A DNA stretch of 64,000 bases from Mobula hypostoma (Eukaryota). A program made the translations under genes and the position numbers. The notes beneath the pieces were generated by a model. It did no database searches and was not told where the DNA came from. It was given only the letters and a program-made list of their open reading frames with translations. The number at the start of each line of letters is the position of its first letter. Position 1 is the first letter of the stretch. This document shows, piece by piece, positions 1-12,640 of the stretch. The stretch spans positions 15,004,001 through 15,068,000 of the forward strand of contig NC_086108.1 in NCBI RefSeq assembly GCF_963921235.1, given 5' to 3'.

Positions 1-2130
1 ATCCTTTTATTCCCACTCGCTGCCTCCTACCAATCAGCCAATGATCTAACCATATTGGTAACTTTCCCGTAATACCATGGGCTCTTAACTTGGTAAGCAG
101 CCTCATGTGTGGCACCCTGTCGAAGGCCTTCTGAAAGTCTAAATACACAACATCCACTGCAGCCAATTTATCTATCCTACTTGTAATCTCCTCTAAGGAT
201 TCCAACAAGTTCATCAGGCAGGATTTTCCCTGAAGGAAACCACGCTGATTTTGTACTATATTGTCCTGTGTCACCAAGTACTCCATCACCTCATCTTTAA
301 CAATTGACTCCAACATCTTCCCAACCACTGAGGTCAGGCGAACTGGTCTATAGTTTCCTTTCTGCTGCCTTCCTCCTTTCTTAAAGAGTGGAGTAATATT
401 TGCAATTTTCCAGTCCTCTGGTACCATGCCAGAGTTCAATGATTTTTTAAAGATCATTTCTAATGCCACCATAATCTCTAACACTACCTCTTCCAAAACC
501 CTAGGGTGTAGTTCCTCTGGTCCGGGTGACTTATGGACCTTTAGGTTTTCAGTTTTTTGAGTACCTTCTCTCTTATAACAGTAACTGCACCCACTTCTCT
601 TCCTTCACACACATCAGGCATACAGCTAGTGTCTTCCACAGTGAAGACTGATGCAAAATACTCATTTAGTTCATCAGTCATCTCCTTGTCCCCTGTTATT
701 ATCTCTCCTGCCTCATTTTCTAATGGTCCTATATCCACTCTCATTTCTCTTTTATTTTTAACAAACTTGAAAAAACTGTTACTATCCACTTTGATTTATT
801 TGCTAGCTTGCTTTCATATTTCATCTTTTCCCTTATAATGATTTTTTTTAGTTGCTCTCTGTAGGTTTTTAAAAACTTTCCAATCCTCTATCTTCCTACA
901 AATTTTTGCTTTGCTGTATGCTCTTTCTTTTGCTTTTACAATAGCTTTGATTTCCCTTGTCAGCCACAGTTGTACTATTTTACCAATTGAGTATTTCTTC
1001 ACTTTTGGAATACACATGTCCTGTACCTTCCTCATTTTTCCCTGAAACGCACGCCATTGCTGCTCTGCTGACATCCCTGCCAGCAGCTCCTTCCAATTTT
1101 CTTTGGCCAACTCCTCTCCAATACCGCTGTAATTTCCCCTACTCCACTGAAATACTGCTACATCATACTTTCTCCCTATCAAATTTCAAGTTGAACACAA
1201 TCATATTGTGATCACTGGCTCCTAAGGGCTATTTTACCTTAAGCTCCCTAATCGCCTCAGGTTCATTACATAGCACCCAATCCAGTATAGCTGATCCCCT
1301 AGTAGGCTCAACAACAAACTACTCTAAAAAGCCATCTCTTAGGCATTCAACAAACTCACTCCCTTGAAATCTACTATCAACCTGATTTCCCCAATGTATG
1401 TTAAAATCTCCCATGACTACCATAACATTGCCCTTTTGCCTCACCTTTTCTATTTCCTGTTGTAACCTGTGGTCCACCTCCCAGCCACTGTTGGGAGGCC
1501 TGTATATAACTGCCATCAACACCCTTTTACCCTTGCAGTTTCTTAACTCAACCCCGAAGAATTCAACACCTTCCAATCCTGTCACATCTTTCTACTGATT
1601 TGATACCATTCTTTACCAGCAGAGCCACACCAACCCCCCTGCCTACCTTCCTATCCCTCCAATATAACGTGTAGCCTTCGACATTCAGCTCACAACTACA
1701 ACAGAATTATTTCTATAACACTTTATTTCTTATACTACACGCATTTAGATATAACACTTTGAATACCGTATTTGCTATACTTTCTGACTCTGCATCCCTA
1801 ATGATTTGATACACAGTCTGTTGGCTGTAACTAAGTCCCATCACCTGCCTGCCCTTCCTGACAATCTGACTGAACGCTATCTTTACTTTTTTACCATCCG
1901 TCCTTTCCTGAGTCCCTTCACTCCGGTTCCCACCCTCCTGCTAAGTTAGTTTAAACCCTTCCCAACAGCTCTAACAAACCTGCCTGTGAGAATATTGGTC
2001 CCTCTCGGGTTCAGGTGCAACCCGTCACTTTTGAACAGGTCATACCTCCCCCAGAAGAGATCCCAATTATCCAAGAACCTGAAGCCCTGCCCCCTGCACC
2101 AGCTTCTCAAATACGCATTTATCTGCCAAA
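1..2130 (-). mobile_element. CR1-clade LINE remnant (ORF1 SGNH-esterase C-terminus plus ORF2 endonuclease and RT N-terminal part), truncated by the window edge
   Basis: Minus-strand fragments: FLDNWDLFWGRYDLFKSDGLHLNPRGTNIL (ORF1 esterase); VIYRPPNS and VMGDFNI (APE endonuclease); LNEYFASVFT (linker). Several stops and frameshifts. Confidence 0.9.
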
Positions 2131-2132
2131 TT

Positions 2133-4315
2133 AGGTGCTTATGGAGTACAAGAAGTGCAAGAGAACGCTTAAGAAAAAAATCAGGAAGGTTAAAAGAAGG
2201 CAAAATGTTGCTCCTACAGACAAGGTGAAAGAGAATCTGAAAGGATTATACAGCTATGTTAAGAGCAAAAGGATTGCAAGGGACAAAATTGGTCCTCTGG
2301 AAGATCAGAATGGTAATTGTGTGTGGAGCCATAACAGATGGGAGAGATCTTAAATGCATTCTTTGTATCTGTATCTACTCAAGACACAGATACAGAGTTT
2401 ATAGCAGTGAGGCAAAGCGGCATCAAGGTCATGGACCCCGTACAGATTACAGAGGAGGTGGTGTTTGCTACCCTGAGGCAAATTAAGGTGGATAAATCCA
2501 CAGGTCCTGACAAGGTGTTCCTTCGAACCTTATGGGAAGCAAGTGCAGAAAAAGTCGGGACCATGACAGAGATACTTAAAACATCCTCAGCAACAGGAGA
2601 AGTACCAAAGAATTGAAACATAGAAAACCTACAGCACAATACAGGCCCTTCAGCCCACAAAGTTGTGCCGAACATGTCCTGACAACCTTAGAAATTACTG
2701 GGGTTACCCACAGCCCTCTATTTTTCTAAGCTCCATGTACCTATCCAAAAGACTCTTAAAAAACCCTATCGTATCCGCCTCCACCGCCGTTGCCGGCAGC
2801 CCATTCCACGCACTCACCACTCTCTGCGTAAAAAACTTACCCCTGACATTTCCTCTGCACCTACTCCCAAGCACCTTAAACCTGTGCCCTCTTGTGGCAG
2901 CCATTTCAGCCCTGGGAAAAAGCCTCTGACTATCCACACGATCAATTGGAATGCTGTTCTGCTGTTTAAAAAAGGCTCTGAACATAAACCAAGAAATTAT
3001 AGGTCGGTAAGTCTGATATCAGTTGTGGGAAAGTTATTGGGAGGTATTGTAAGGGACTGGATATATAAGTATTTGGATAGACATGTACTGATTAAGGATA
3101 GTCAGCATGGCTTTGTGCATGGTAAGTCATGTCTAATTAACCTTATAGAGTTTTTTGAGTAAGTTACCAGGAAACAAAGCAATCAATGATGTTGACATAG
3201 ACTTTAGTAAAGCATTTGACAAGGTCTCACATAGGAGGCTGGTCAAGAAGGTTCAATCATTTGGCATTCAGGATGAGATAGTAAATTGGATTAGACATTG
3301 GCTTAGTGGGAGAAGCCAGAGTGTGGTATTAGAGGGTTGCCTCTCTGACTGGATGCCTGTGACTTGTGCTGTGCACAGGGATCGGTGCAGAGTCTTTGGT
3401 TGTTTGTAAATTTGCAGATGACACCAAGATTGGGGGTGTAGTGAACAGTGAGGAATGTTATCATAGCTTGCAGAGGGATCTGCATCGGCTGGAAAAATGG
3501 GCTGAAAAATGGCAGATGAAATGTAATACAATGTCTATCTTAATATTGGTTTATATTGTTATTGGTTTATATATTTGAGATAATTCTCCTCTTGATTGTA
3601 TTTAGGCTCCTTTTAAATCAATAAAAAGACGAATAAAGAAAAAAAGAAAGAAATTTAATGCAGACAAGTGCGAGGTTTTGCACTTCAGTAGGACCAACCA
3701 GGGTAGGTCTTACACAGTGAAAGATAGGGCACTGAGAAGTGCAGAAGGTCAAAGGGATCTGGGAATGCGGGTACATAATTCTTTAAAAGTGGCATCACAG
3801 GTAGATCGGGTCATAAAAAAATCCTTTGGCACATTGGCCTTCATAAATCATTGTATTGAGTACAGAAGATGGGATGTTATGTTTGTTGTACAAGACAATG
3901 GTGAGGCCTAATTTGGAATATTGTGTGTAATTTTGGTCATCTACCTACAGGAAACATATAAATAAGGTTGAAAGAGTACAGACAATATTCATGAGGATGT
4001 TGCCGAGGCAAGAGGACCTGAGTTAAGAGAAAAGATTGAATAAGTTAGGAGTTTATCCCTTGGAATGTAGAAGATTGAAGGGAGATTTGACAGAGGTATA
4101 CAAAATTATGAGGGCTACAAATAGGGTAAATGCAAGCAGGCCTTTGGGTGGAACTACAAAGGTCATGGTGGCATTCAAGAGGCTCTTCAATGGACATGTG
4201 AAGATGTAGGGAATGGGGAATATGAACTGCGAACAAGCTGAAGAGATTTAGTTTAATTTGGTATCATGTTTGCACAGACATGGTAGACCGAAGGGCCTGT
4301 ACTATTCTATGTTCT
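2133..4315 (+). mobile_element. CR1-clade LINE, degenerate ORF2 RT and 3' end
   Basis: Fragments NYRSVSLISVVGKLL, SQHGFVHGKSCLINLIEFF, DFSKAFDKVSH and KFADDTKIGG; CR1-type 3' end tattctatgttcta near 4305. Confidence 0.9.
2615..2943 (-). mobile_element. CR1 3'-end fragment nested in the opposite orientation inside the preceding CR1
   Basis: Minus ORF LFPRAEMAATRGHRFKVLG...FFTQRVVSAWNGLP. Near-identical to the reverse complement of 47760-48080. It interrupts the host at EVPKN. Confidence 0.85.
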
Positions 4316-4559
4316 AAGGGAGGTTTGACAAACTTGAGATGCTTTCTTTGGAATGTCTGAGACTGAGGGGAGAAATCTGGATTATACCCACGCCCCTCAC
4401 ACACCACCCCACTCTTATATTCAGGGCCACTCGTTTCCTGGAATTAAAGTTTTGTTCTCTGGTAACAGAACAGGACTTCGCAGTAACAAGGTGCGTGTTT
4501 CTTCACATTCAGACTGGCTTTATTCAGATGTCGTGTCTCCTGATGGTGGAATTACAGAG

Positions 4560-4848
4560 GCCAGGGCTGTTGCCCAGAGGGACAATGACACAGGGAACCA
4601 GTGTTGTTTTCCAGAGGGACATAGACACAGGGGCCACTGCAGTTCTCCAGTAGGACAGAGTCACAAGGGGCAGTGCTGTTATTGAGTGAGACAGAGATAC
4701 AGGAGCAGTGCAGTTCTCCAGAGGGACAGAGACACAGTGGGCAGTGCTGTTGCCCAGAGGGACAGAGACACAGGGGGCAGCGCTATTGCCCAGAGGGACA
4801 GAGACACAGGTGGCAGTGCTGTTCTCCAGAGGGGCAGACACAAAGGGG
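4560..4848. repeat. 36-bp minisatellite, about 8 diverged copies
   Basis: Unit gcagtgctgttgcccagagggacagagacacagggg starts at 4741, 4777 and 4813, with more diverged units upstream. Confidence 0.85.
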
Positions 4849-5554
4849 GAACTACTCTTTATTTCCAGGGGCTATTGTTTCCCCATTAGAGACCAGTGAC
4901 ACCCAGTATACAATCACTTGAGTTCCGAGTGATTCACACTCTCTGAAGTTGGGTGGGGTAGCGGAGGGAGGAGGACTTTGGTTGCTCAAGGAAGCACAGC
5001 CTCATATTTCCCCATGGGGACAAATAATTTCCAAAGTATATTTTAAAGGGGGCAGAGAGATACAGCATCCAGTAGTTCATCGGGCACTTCTTGTGTTTGG
5101 GCAGCTCTCAGGGTATCATCATCACTGGCTGAACGATGCTGTGGAAGACCACCACAGTCAAACTCAGAATCAAGGTAAATTTATGATCAAAGTATGCATA
5201 TGTAACGTATACTACCTTGAAATTCATTTTTTGCAGACATTGTCAGTAAAAAAAAATAACAGAATTTTATGAAAATCTAGGCATGAATAGGCAAAGACCG
5301 ACAAACACCAATGTGTAAAAGAAAACAAGCTGTGGAAATAAAAATAATACTGAGAACATATGTTATAAAGAGTCCCTGATAGGTCATAGAATCAGGTCAG
5401 AGTAATGGTATATGAAATTATCTACACCAATTCAGGAGCCTGATTGTTGTAGGGTAATAACTGTTCCTGAACTGAAAGGTGTGGGACCTAAGGCTTCGGT
5501 ACCTCATGCAAGGGATGAGCAGACAATGTGAGGGTACAGTTTCCATATAAACTG

Positions 5555-7470
5555 GAAGAGTCCATTCAGCCTTCTGAGCCTACTGTCCCCTTCAGTGTGA
5601 TCACGGTTGTTCATTCACTCCATTCCCACATTTTCCACAGACTTCTTGACTTCCTCGACCACAAGAACTACATCTACTCCCTTCCCAAACATACTTAATA
5701 GCTTGGTCTCCATATTTTCATTTAGGGGCTTCCATAGGTCCAGCACCATCTGAGGGGAGAAAATTCTCATGATCTCATTTTTAAATGGTTTAACATCATA
5801 TCTTGAAGCCCCTGGTTCAGAGCTCCCTTGCTACTGGGAATGTCCTCCTGCATTTAGTCAGTACACTCCTGTTAGAATATCAAGTCAAGTTGTGTTTATT
5901 GTCATGTGTACAAATCCAGTGAGCTATAGTTTCAATGAAAAACTTGCTTGCGGCAACATCAAAAGCACATAGATTCAGACAATGCATCAAACATAAATTA
6001 TATATAAATTATATACAAAACAGTGAAAGATAAGACAATGTAAAAGCTAGATCTAAGTGAGAAACAAAATCACAATTAAGAGAGAAGCTCATGGTGTGCT
6101 GTTGCTGAGGTAGGATTAGGGTTGTGCTGGTCAGTTCAAGAACATGATGATTGTAGGAAAGTAGCTGTTCCAGAACCTGATGGTGTGTTACTCCTTGAGA
6201 ATAGATGCAGCCTTCGTGCTGCCAGTGAATGTAGGTCCAGTTGACCCCCATCCCTCTTCAAGCATCAGATGCAGGAATCAGCCATCTAAACCCATGTTGC
6301 AATCCCTCTGTATAAAGAACATTCTCCCTTGGTTATGGAGGTCAAACCTACACACAAAAATCTAAGTGGAATTTCAGTAAGGCCCTGCACAGGTACATCA
6401 TGACATCCCTTCTCCTGGGCTCAAATCCTCTTGCAATGAAAGACATTTGCCTCCCTGAATGCTACATTTGGTGACTGGGTCACAAGGACACCAAGTCTTG
6501 TAGTACCGTTCTTTTTCCCCAAACTGTCACCATTCAGATAATAATCAGCTTTTTTGTTTCTAGAACCAGTGGGCAGCCTTGTATTTCTCCACCTTAAACT
6601 GCATTTGCCACACCTTTGCCCACCCACTCAAAGTGCATATGCCGCAGATTTGCCCACCCACACAAAATGAATTTACCACACCTTTGCCCACTTAAATTGT
6701 ATTTGCCACAATATGGTGTCCTCCACACTGAATAAACCAAATGCAGACTGAGTGACTGCTCTATATTCAGTGCACTATGTAACACTGACTTTCCCATTGC
6801 CTGCCATTTTAGTCCCCCATTCCACTCTGAACTATTGGCCTGTGATCTCCTGTACTGTCACAGAGAGGTCCAACACTAGCATGAGGAACAGCATCTTATC
6901 TTCAGTCCAGGAATGGCGTAGCCTTCCCAGTTTAATACTGAATTCTACAACTTCAGGTAGAGCCATTGAGTAATGCAGCACAGAAACTGATCCTTCAGCT
7001 CAACTGGTCCATGCTGACCACTGCATTCTCCTTACTACTCCCAGTTGCCCATGTTAGGCTCATAAGCTACAATGAGCCTCCCTCCAAGTACCTATCCAAA
7101 TGCCTCTTAAATCTTGCAATTATACCAGCCTCCTTCCTCTGGTAGCTCATTCCAGATACCCACTATCTTCTGCTTAAAGAAGTTATCTTTTTGATATGTT
7201 TTAAATCTCTCCCCACTTATCTTGTGTCTGTGCACTCCAGTTTTGGACTTTCTGACGCTGGGGAAAGACTATTAATAGCACTCATTATTTTATAGACTTC
7301 AGTGAGGTCACCCGCATTCTCCTACGCTTCAAGAAATAAAGATCTAGTCTGGCCAACCTCTCCCTATAACTCAGGCCCTGTCATCCAGGCAGTACCTTTG
7401 TAAATCTCTTCTTCACCCTCTCCAGCATGATAAGGTATTTCCTAAGAAAAGGATGATGAAACCTGTACCC
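5555..7470 (-). mobile_element. Old fragmented CR1 3' pieces mixed with other repeat fragments
   Basis: Minus-strand similarity to CR1 RT C-terminus and 3' UTR (e.g. NKKADYYLNGD); heavily decayed. Confidence 0.55.
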
Positions 7471-7489
7471 TGTATTAAACCTGCTGTTC

Positions 7490-9045
7490 AGGTAGACCAT
7501 TTGTTTCTGCTTGTTTCTGCCACACCGAACTTATATCTGCATATCTCGACTCTGTTTTATCTCCCCTGGTTCAGTCCCTTCCTACCTACATCCATTCCCT
7601 GGCCCTGATCATTTCATTTTCACCTTGGATGTCCAGTCCCTATAGATCTCCATCCCCCATCAGGAGGGTCTTAAAACTCTGCAGTTCTTTCTATTCAACA
7701 GACCCAACCTATTCCCCTCCACCACCGCTCTCCTCCGTCTGGCGGAACTGGTCCTCACTCTCAAAAATTTCTCTTTCAGCTCCTCCCACTTCCTTCAAAC
7801 CAAAAGTCTAGCCATGGGCACTCGCTTGAGTCCCAGCTATGCCTGCCTTTTTGACGGCTACATGGAACAATCTATGTTCCAACCCTAACAATGGTATCAA
7901 TCCCCTATTTTTCCTATACTACACTGACAACTGCATTGGTGCTGCTTCCTGCACCCATGCTGAGCTCATCAACTTTGCCTCCAACTTCCACCCTGCCCTC
8001 AAATTTACCTGGTCCATTTTTGACACCTTCCTCCCCTTTCTCAACTTCCCTGTCTCTATTTCTGGAGACAGTTTATCTACTGATATCTTTTAAAACCCAC
8101 TGATTCTCACAGCTACCAGGACTAAATTCTTGTCGCCCTGTCATGTGCAAAAACGCCATCCCCTTCTCTCAGTTCCTCTGCCTCAGCCACATCTGCTCTC
8201 TGGATGAGGCATTTCATCCGACCTAATGAGATATCCCTCTTCTTTAAAGAAAGGGGCTTTCCTTCCTCCACCATCAACACTGCCCTCACCAGCATCTCTT
8301 CCATCCTGCGCACATTTGATCTCACCCCATCCCCCCACCACCCACAAGGGCCAGGGTTCCTCGTCCTCACCTATCACCTCACCAGCTTCCGTGTCCGGTA
8401 CATAATTCTCCGTAACTTCCGTCACCTCCAATGGATCCCACACCAAGCACATCTTCCTCTCTCTTCCTCCATCCCCCACCTCCACTTTTCTGCAGGGATA
8501 GCTCCCTTCTCAATTCATCCCTCTCCACTGATCTCCCTCCTGGCCCATTCCCATTCCAACATGTCAATCCATGGCCTCCTCTACTGAAGCCTTCAACTTG
8601 ATGGCATGAACACTGATTTCTCGAACTTCTGGTAATGTTCCCCTTTCAATTCACCATATCCCATTCCCAATTCCCTCCCTCACCTTATCTCCTTACCTGC
8701 TCATCAGCTCCCTCTGGTGCTTCTCCACCTTCACTTTCTTCCATGGTCTTCTACCCTCTCCTATCAGATCCCCCCTTCTCCAGCCCTTCATTTCTTTCAC
8801 CAATCAACTTCTCAGCTCTTTACTTCACCCCTCCCCCACCTCCTGGTTTCACATAGCACCTTGTACTTCTTCCTCCCCTCCCCCCACCTTCTTACTCTGA
8901 CTTCTCATCTTTCCTTGCAGTCCTGACAAAGGGTCTCGGCCTGAAACATCAACTGTTTGCTCTTTTCCATAGATGCTGCCTGACTTGTTAAATTCCTCCA
9001 GCGTTTCGTGTGTGTTGCTTGGATTTCCAGCATCTGCAGATTTTA
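7490..9045 (+). mobile_element. Penelope-like element (Neptune type), degenerate RT with internal deletion of most of the GIY-YIG domain, plus terminal repeat
   Basis: PLE RT motifs FTLDVQSLY, PHQEGLK, AMGTRLSPSYACLF and a decayed YIDD (YTDN); PFLNFPVSI thumb region; ends in the PLE terminal repeat with a decayed hammerhead at 8918-8955. Confidence 0.85.
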
Positions 9046-9049
9046 AAAA

Positions 9050-10186
9050 CGCAAACAACAGGAATTCGGCAGATGCTGGAAATTCAAGCAACACATATAA
9101 AGTTGCTGGTGAACGCAGCAGGCCAGCCAGCATCTCTAGGAAGAGGTACAGTTGATGTTTCGGGCCAAGACCCTTCGTCAGGACTAACTGAAGGAAGAGC
9201 TAGTAAGAGATTTGAAAGTGGGAGGGGGAGGGGGAGATCCAAAATGATAGAAGACAGAATGGGGAGGGATGGAGCCAAGAGCTAGACAGGTGATTGGCAA
9301 AAGGGATATGAGAGGATCATGGGACAGGAGGCTCAGGGAGAAGGAAAAGGGGGAGGGAGGATGGGCAAGGGGTATAGTCAGAGGGACAGAGGGACTCCCT
9401 TACCACCATTCAGGGCCCCAGACAGTCCTTCCAGGTGAGGTGACACTTCACCTGTGAGTCGGCTGGGGTGATACACTGCATCCGGTGCTCCCGATGTGGC
9501 CTTCTATATATTGGCGAGACCCGACGCAGGCTGGGAGACCGCTTTGCTGAACACCTATGCTCTGTCCGCTAGAGAAAGCAGGATCTCCCAGTGGCCACAC
9601 ATTTTAATTCCACATCCCATTCCCATTCTGATATGTCTATCCACGGCCTCCTCTACTGTAAAGATGAAGCCACACTCAGGTTGGAGGAACAACACCTTAT
9701 ATTCCGTCTGGGTAGCCTCCAACCTGATGGCATGAACATTTTCTCAAACTTCCGCTAATGCCCAACCTCCCCCTCATACCCATCCGTTATTTATGTATAT
9801 ACACACATTCTTTTTCTCTCTCTTCTTTTGCTCCCTCTGTCCCCCTAACTATACACCTTGCCCATCCTCTGGGTTCCCCCCCCCCTTTCCTTCTCCCTGG
9901 GCCTCCTGTCCCATGATCCTCTCATATCCCTTTTGCCAATCACCTGTCCAGCTCTTGGCTCCATCCCTCCCCCTCCTGTCTTCTCCTGTCATTTTGGATC
10001 TCCCCCTCCCCCCTCCCACTTTCAAATCTCTTACTAATTTCCTTCAGTTAGTCCTGACGAAGGGTCTCGGCCCGAAACGTCGACTGTACCTCTTCCTAGA
10101 GATGCTGCCTGGCCTGCTGTGTTCACCAGCAACTTTTATGTGTGTTGCTTGAATTTCCAGCATCTGCAGGATTCCTCGTGTTTGCG
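9050..10186 (+). mobile_element. Penelope-like element: GIY-YIG fragment between long inverted terminal repeats
   Basis: 9050-9392 is the reverse complement of about 9830-10186. The centre (9395-9758) encodes GVIHCIRCSRCGLLYIGETRRRLGDRFAEHL...GSLQPDGMNI with stops. Confidence 0.92.
10050..10085 (+). ncRNA. Minimal type I hammerhead ribozyme motif in the PLE terminal repeat (intact core)
   Basis: AGTC-CTGACGA-A-GGGT-CTCG-GCCC-GAAA-CG-TC-GACT. Helix I is AGTC/GACT, core CUGANGA and GAAA, helix II GGGU/GCCC, palindromic ACGU helix III. Predicted cleavage after GUC at 10081. Confidence 0.8.
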
Positions 10187-10324
10187 ATGCTAAGTGCCTT
10201 CTTCACAACCCCTTCTATTTGCATGGCTGCTTTGAGCAACCGTACACTTGTACTCCCAGGTCCCTCTGTTGCACAACACTCGTCAATCCCCTGCCATTCA
10301 CTGGTCTGAATGTCCAAAACGCAT

Positions 10325-10648
10325 CACCTTAGACTACAGAAGCCTGAAGGCACAAACTCAGCGATTCAGGAACAGCCTCTTCCCCTTTGCCATCCGATTC
10401 CTAAATGGTCATTGAAGCTTTGGACACTACCTCACCTTTTTTTAAAATATACAGTATTTGTTTTTTTGCACATTTTTAAAAATCTATTCAATACACGTAA
10501 TTGATTTACTTGTTTATTTATTATTATATTTTATTTTATTTATTATTTTTTCTCTCCCTCTGCTAGATTATGTATTGCATTGAACTGCTGCTGCTAAGTT
10601 AACAAATTTCACGTCACATGCTAGTGATAATAAACCTGATTCTGATTA
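10325..10648 (+). mobile_element. 3' end of a Rex1/Babar-like LINE inserted in the CR1
   Basis: gattcaggaacagc..ttcccct..gccatccgattcct motif, A/T-rich 3' UTR, and aataaacctgattctgatt tail. Confidence 0.6.
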
Positions 10649-12299
10649 TCTAAGATGAAACCAATTTGTTATACCTCAGCCCACTTCCCTTATTGATAAA
10701 GATTGCTTTGTAATTCATTGTAACCTGCTTCACCCCATAGTTCAGTAACATCAACAAACTTGCTAATTGTGCCATGTAGTCGCATACACATAAAATCATT
10801 TACCTAAATAATGCATAGCAGAGGTCAAAACACTGACCCCTGTGGCCCTGCCAGTCACAGGCCTCCAGTCAGAGAATCAACCTTGAATCATCACCTTCTG
10901 CTTCCTATCATCGAGCCAATTATAAATCCACCTTATTAGCAACTCCTAAATCTAACGCCACCTAACCTTCCAGATCTGCCTGCCAAATGGGACATTGTTA
11001 AAGGCCTTACTGAACAAGACAACATCCATTGCTCTACCTTCATCTATCCCCTTAGTCACCGCTTCAAAAAACTCCAAAAGGTCAGACATGATGTCAATGC
11101 ATGATGCCATGCTGACTACTCCAGACCAGGCCCTGACTATGAAAGAGAGAGCAATTCTTGGCCTTCAGAATTCCCTCCAGTAACGTCACTACAGCTGAAG
11201 TTAGGCTCACAGTTTCCTGGCCTGTTATTGATACCCCTCTTCAACACTGGAACAACAATAGCCACCCTCAAGTCTCTGGCAGTTCACCAGTGGCTAATGA
11301 TGAAGCAAATATCCCTGCAAGGGCCTCTGCGGTTTCTTCCTTGGCCTCCCATAAGTTCCAGGGGAGCACTTGGTCAGGCCCTGCTCCAAGCCTTAAGACA
11401 TCTTCCCTTCTTGGCATCCGTGATATTCTCCTTCATAAACAATGAGGAGAAATAGACATCAAAAATCTCAGTTATCTCCTGCAGCTCCACACATAAGTGG
11501 CTCTGATGGTCTTTAAGAGGACCTGGTCGCTCCTTAGTTAACCTTTTATTGTTAATATAACTGAAGAACCTCTTGGTATTATCCTTAGCCCTGCCTGGTA
11601 AATCCATCTCATGCCCTCTTTTTGCTTTCCTGATTTCCTTTTTACACGATTTATACTCATACAGGGATTTATTTGCACCCAGCTGCTTAAAGGCAATGAA
11701 TGCTTCCTTCTTTTTCCAGAGCAGAGCCTCTGTGTCTTGTCAGCCAGGGTTCACTGAACTTAATATGTCTACCCTAACAGGAACATGCTGCCCCTAGACT
11801 CTTAAAGTGACCTTTTTAAAACCCTTCCACTTGCTAACTGCTCCTTTGCTTTTAAATAGCTTCTCCCAGTTGAACTCAGCTAGATTCTGCTTAATGCCCT
11901 CAGAGTTGGACCTGCTCCAGTTCAAGATTTTAACCCGTGAACCTGTTCTACCTTTACCCATGACTATTTTAAAACCAATAGAATTGTGGTCACTGGACCC
12001 AAAGTGCACCCCAATTGCCATTTTGGCTACTTGGCCTGCCTCGTTCCCTAAGAGGAGGTCCAGTGTTGCTCCTACCAAGTACTGTATGAAGAAACTGTCT
12101 TGAATACACTGATTAATTCCACCCAATCCAGGCCCTTTGCAATCTGGGTGACCCAATGGATACTAGGAAAATTGAAATCTTCCAATAGCACTACCCTGCT
12201 CCTCTCACAAATACATGCAATGCCTTAACACATCTGCTCTTCAAGTTCCCACTGACTCTTGAGGCTTTATAATATAGCCCGTCAAGGTGTCCATAGTCT

Positions 12300-12640
12300 C
12301 TTAAAGTTGTTACTGGCGGGGGTGGTACTGAGGACAAGTTCCCACTACCTATTAAATGCTCCCAATGGTTTGCGTCTCAAGTAGCATCTGAAAACCAAGT
12401 CCAGTTCCTTCACGTGTGGCTTAGCTACTAAGCCCAGTAGAATTGTTTCAGCTGACAGGAGAAGGGGTAAAAGCCAGTTACTGGAGCCTGAAAACCAGTC
12501 ACTTCGGGCATTTGGGGCTTTTCAGCAGTGGTTGGTGGCTCATCTAGAAAGAAAACGCTGATCTCAAACCTCTGCTGCCTTGCAGCTATACCCACTCATG
12601 GAGAAGGCTTCGGGAGCAAACCCCGAGGAATGATCCGGAG
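12300..12640 (+). mobile_element. 5' fragment of the RTE-related family also present at 19436-20070
   Basis: 12530-12630 (caaacctctgctgccttgcagctataccc) matches the reverse complement of 19740-19830. Confidence 0.6.
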
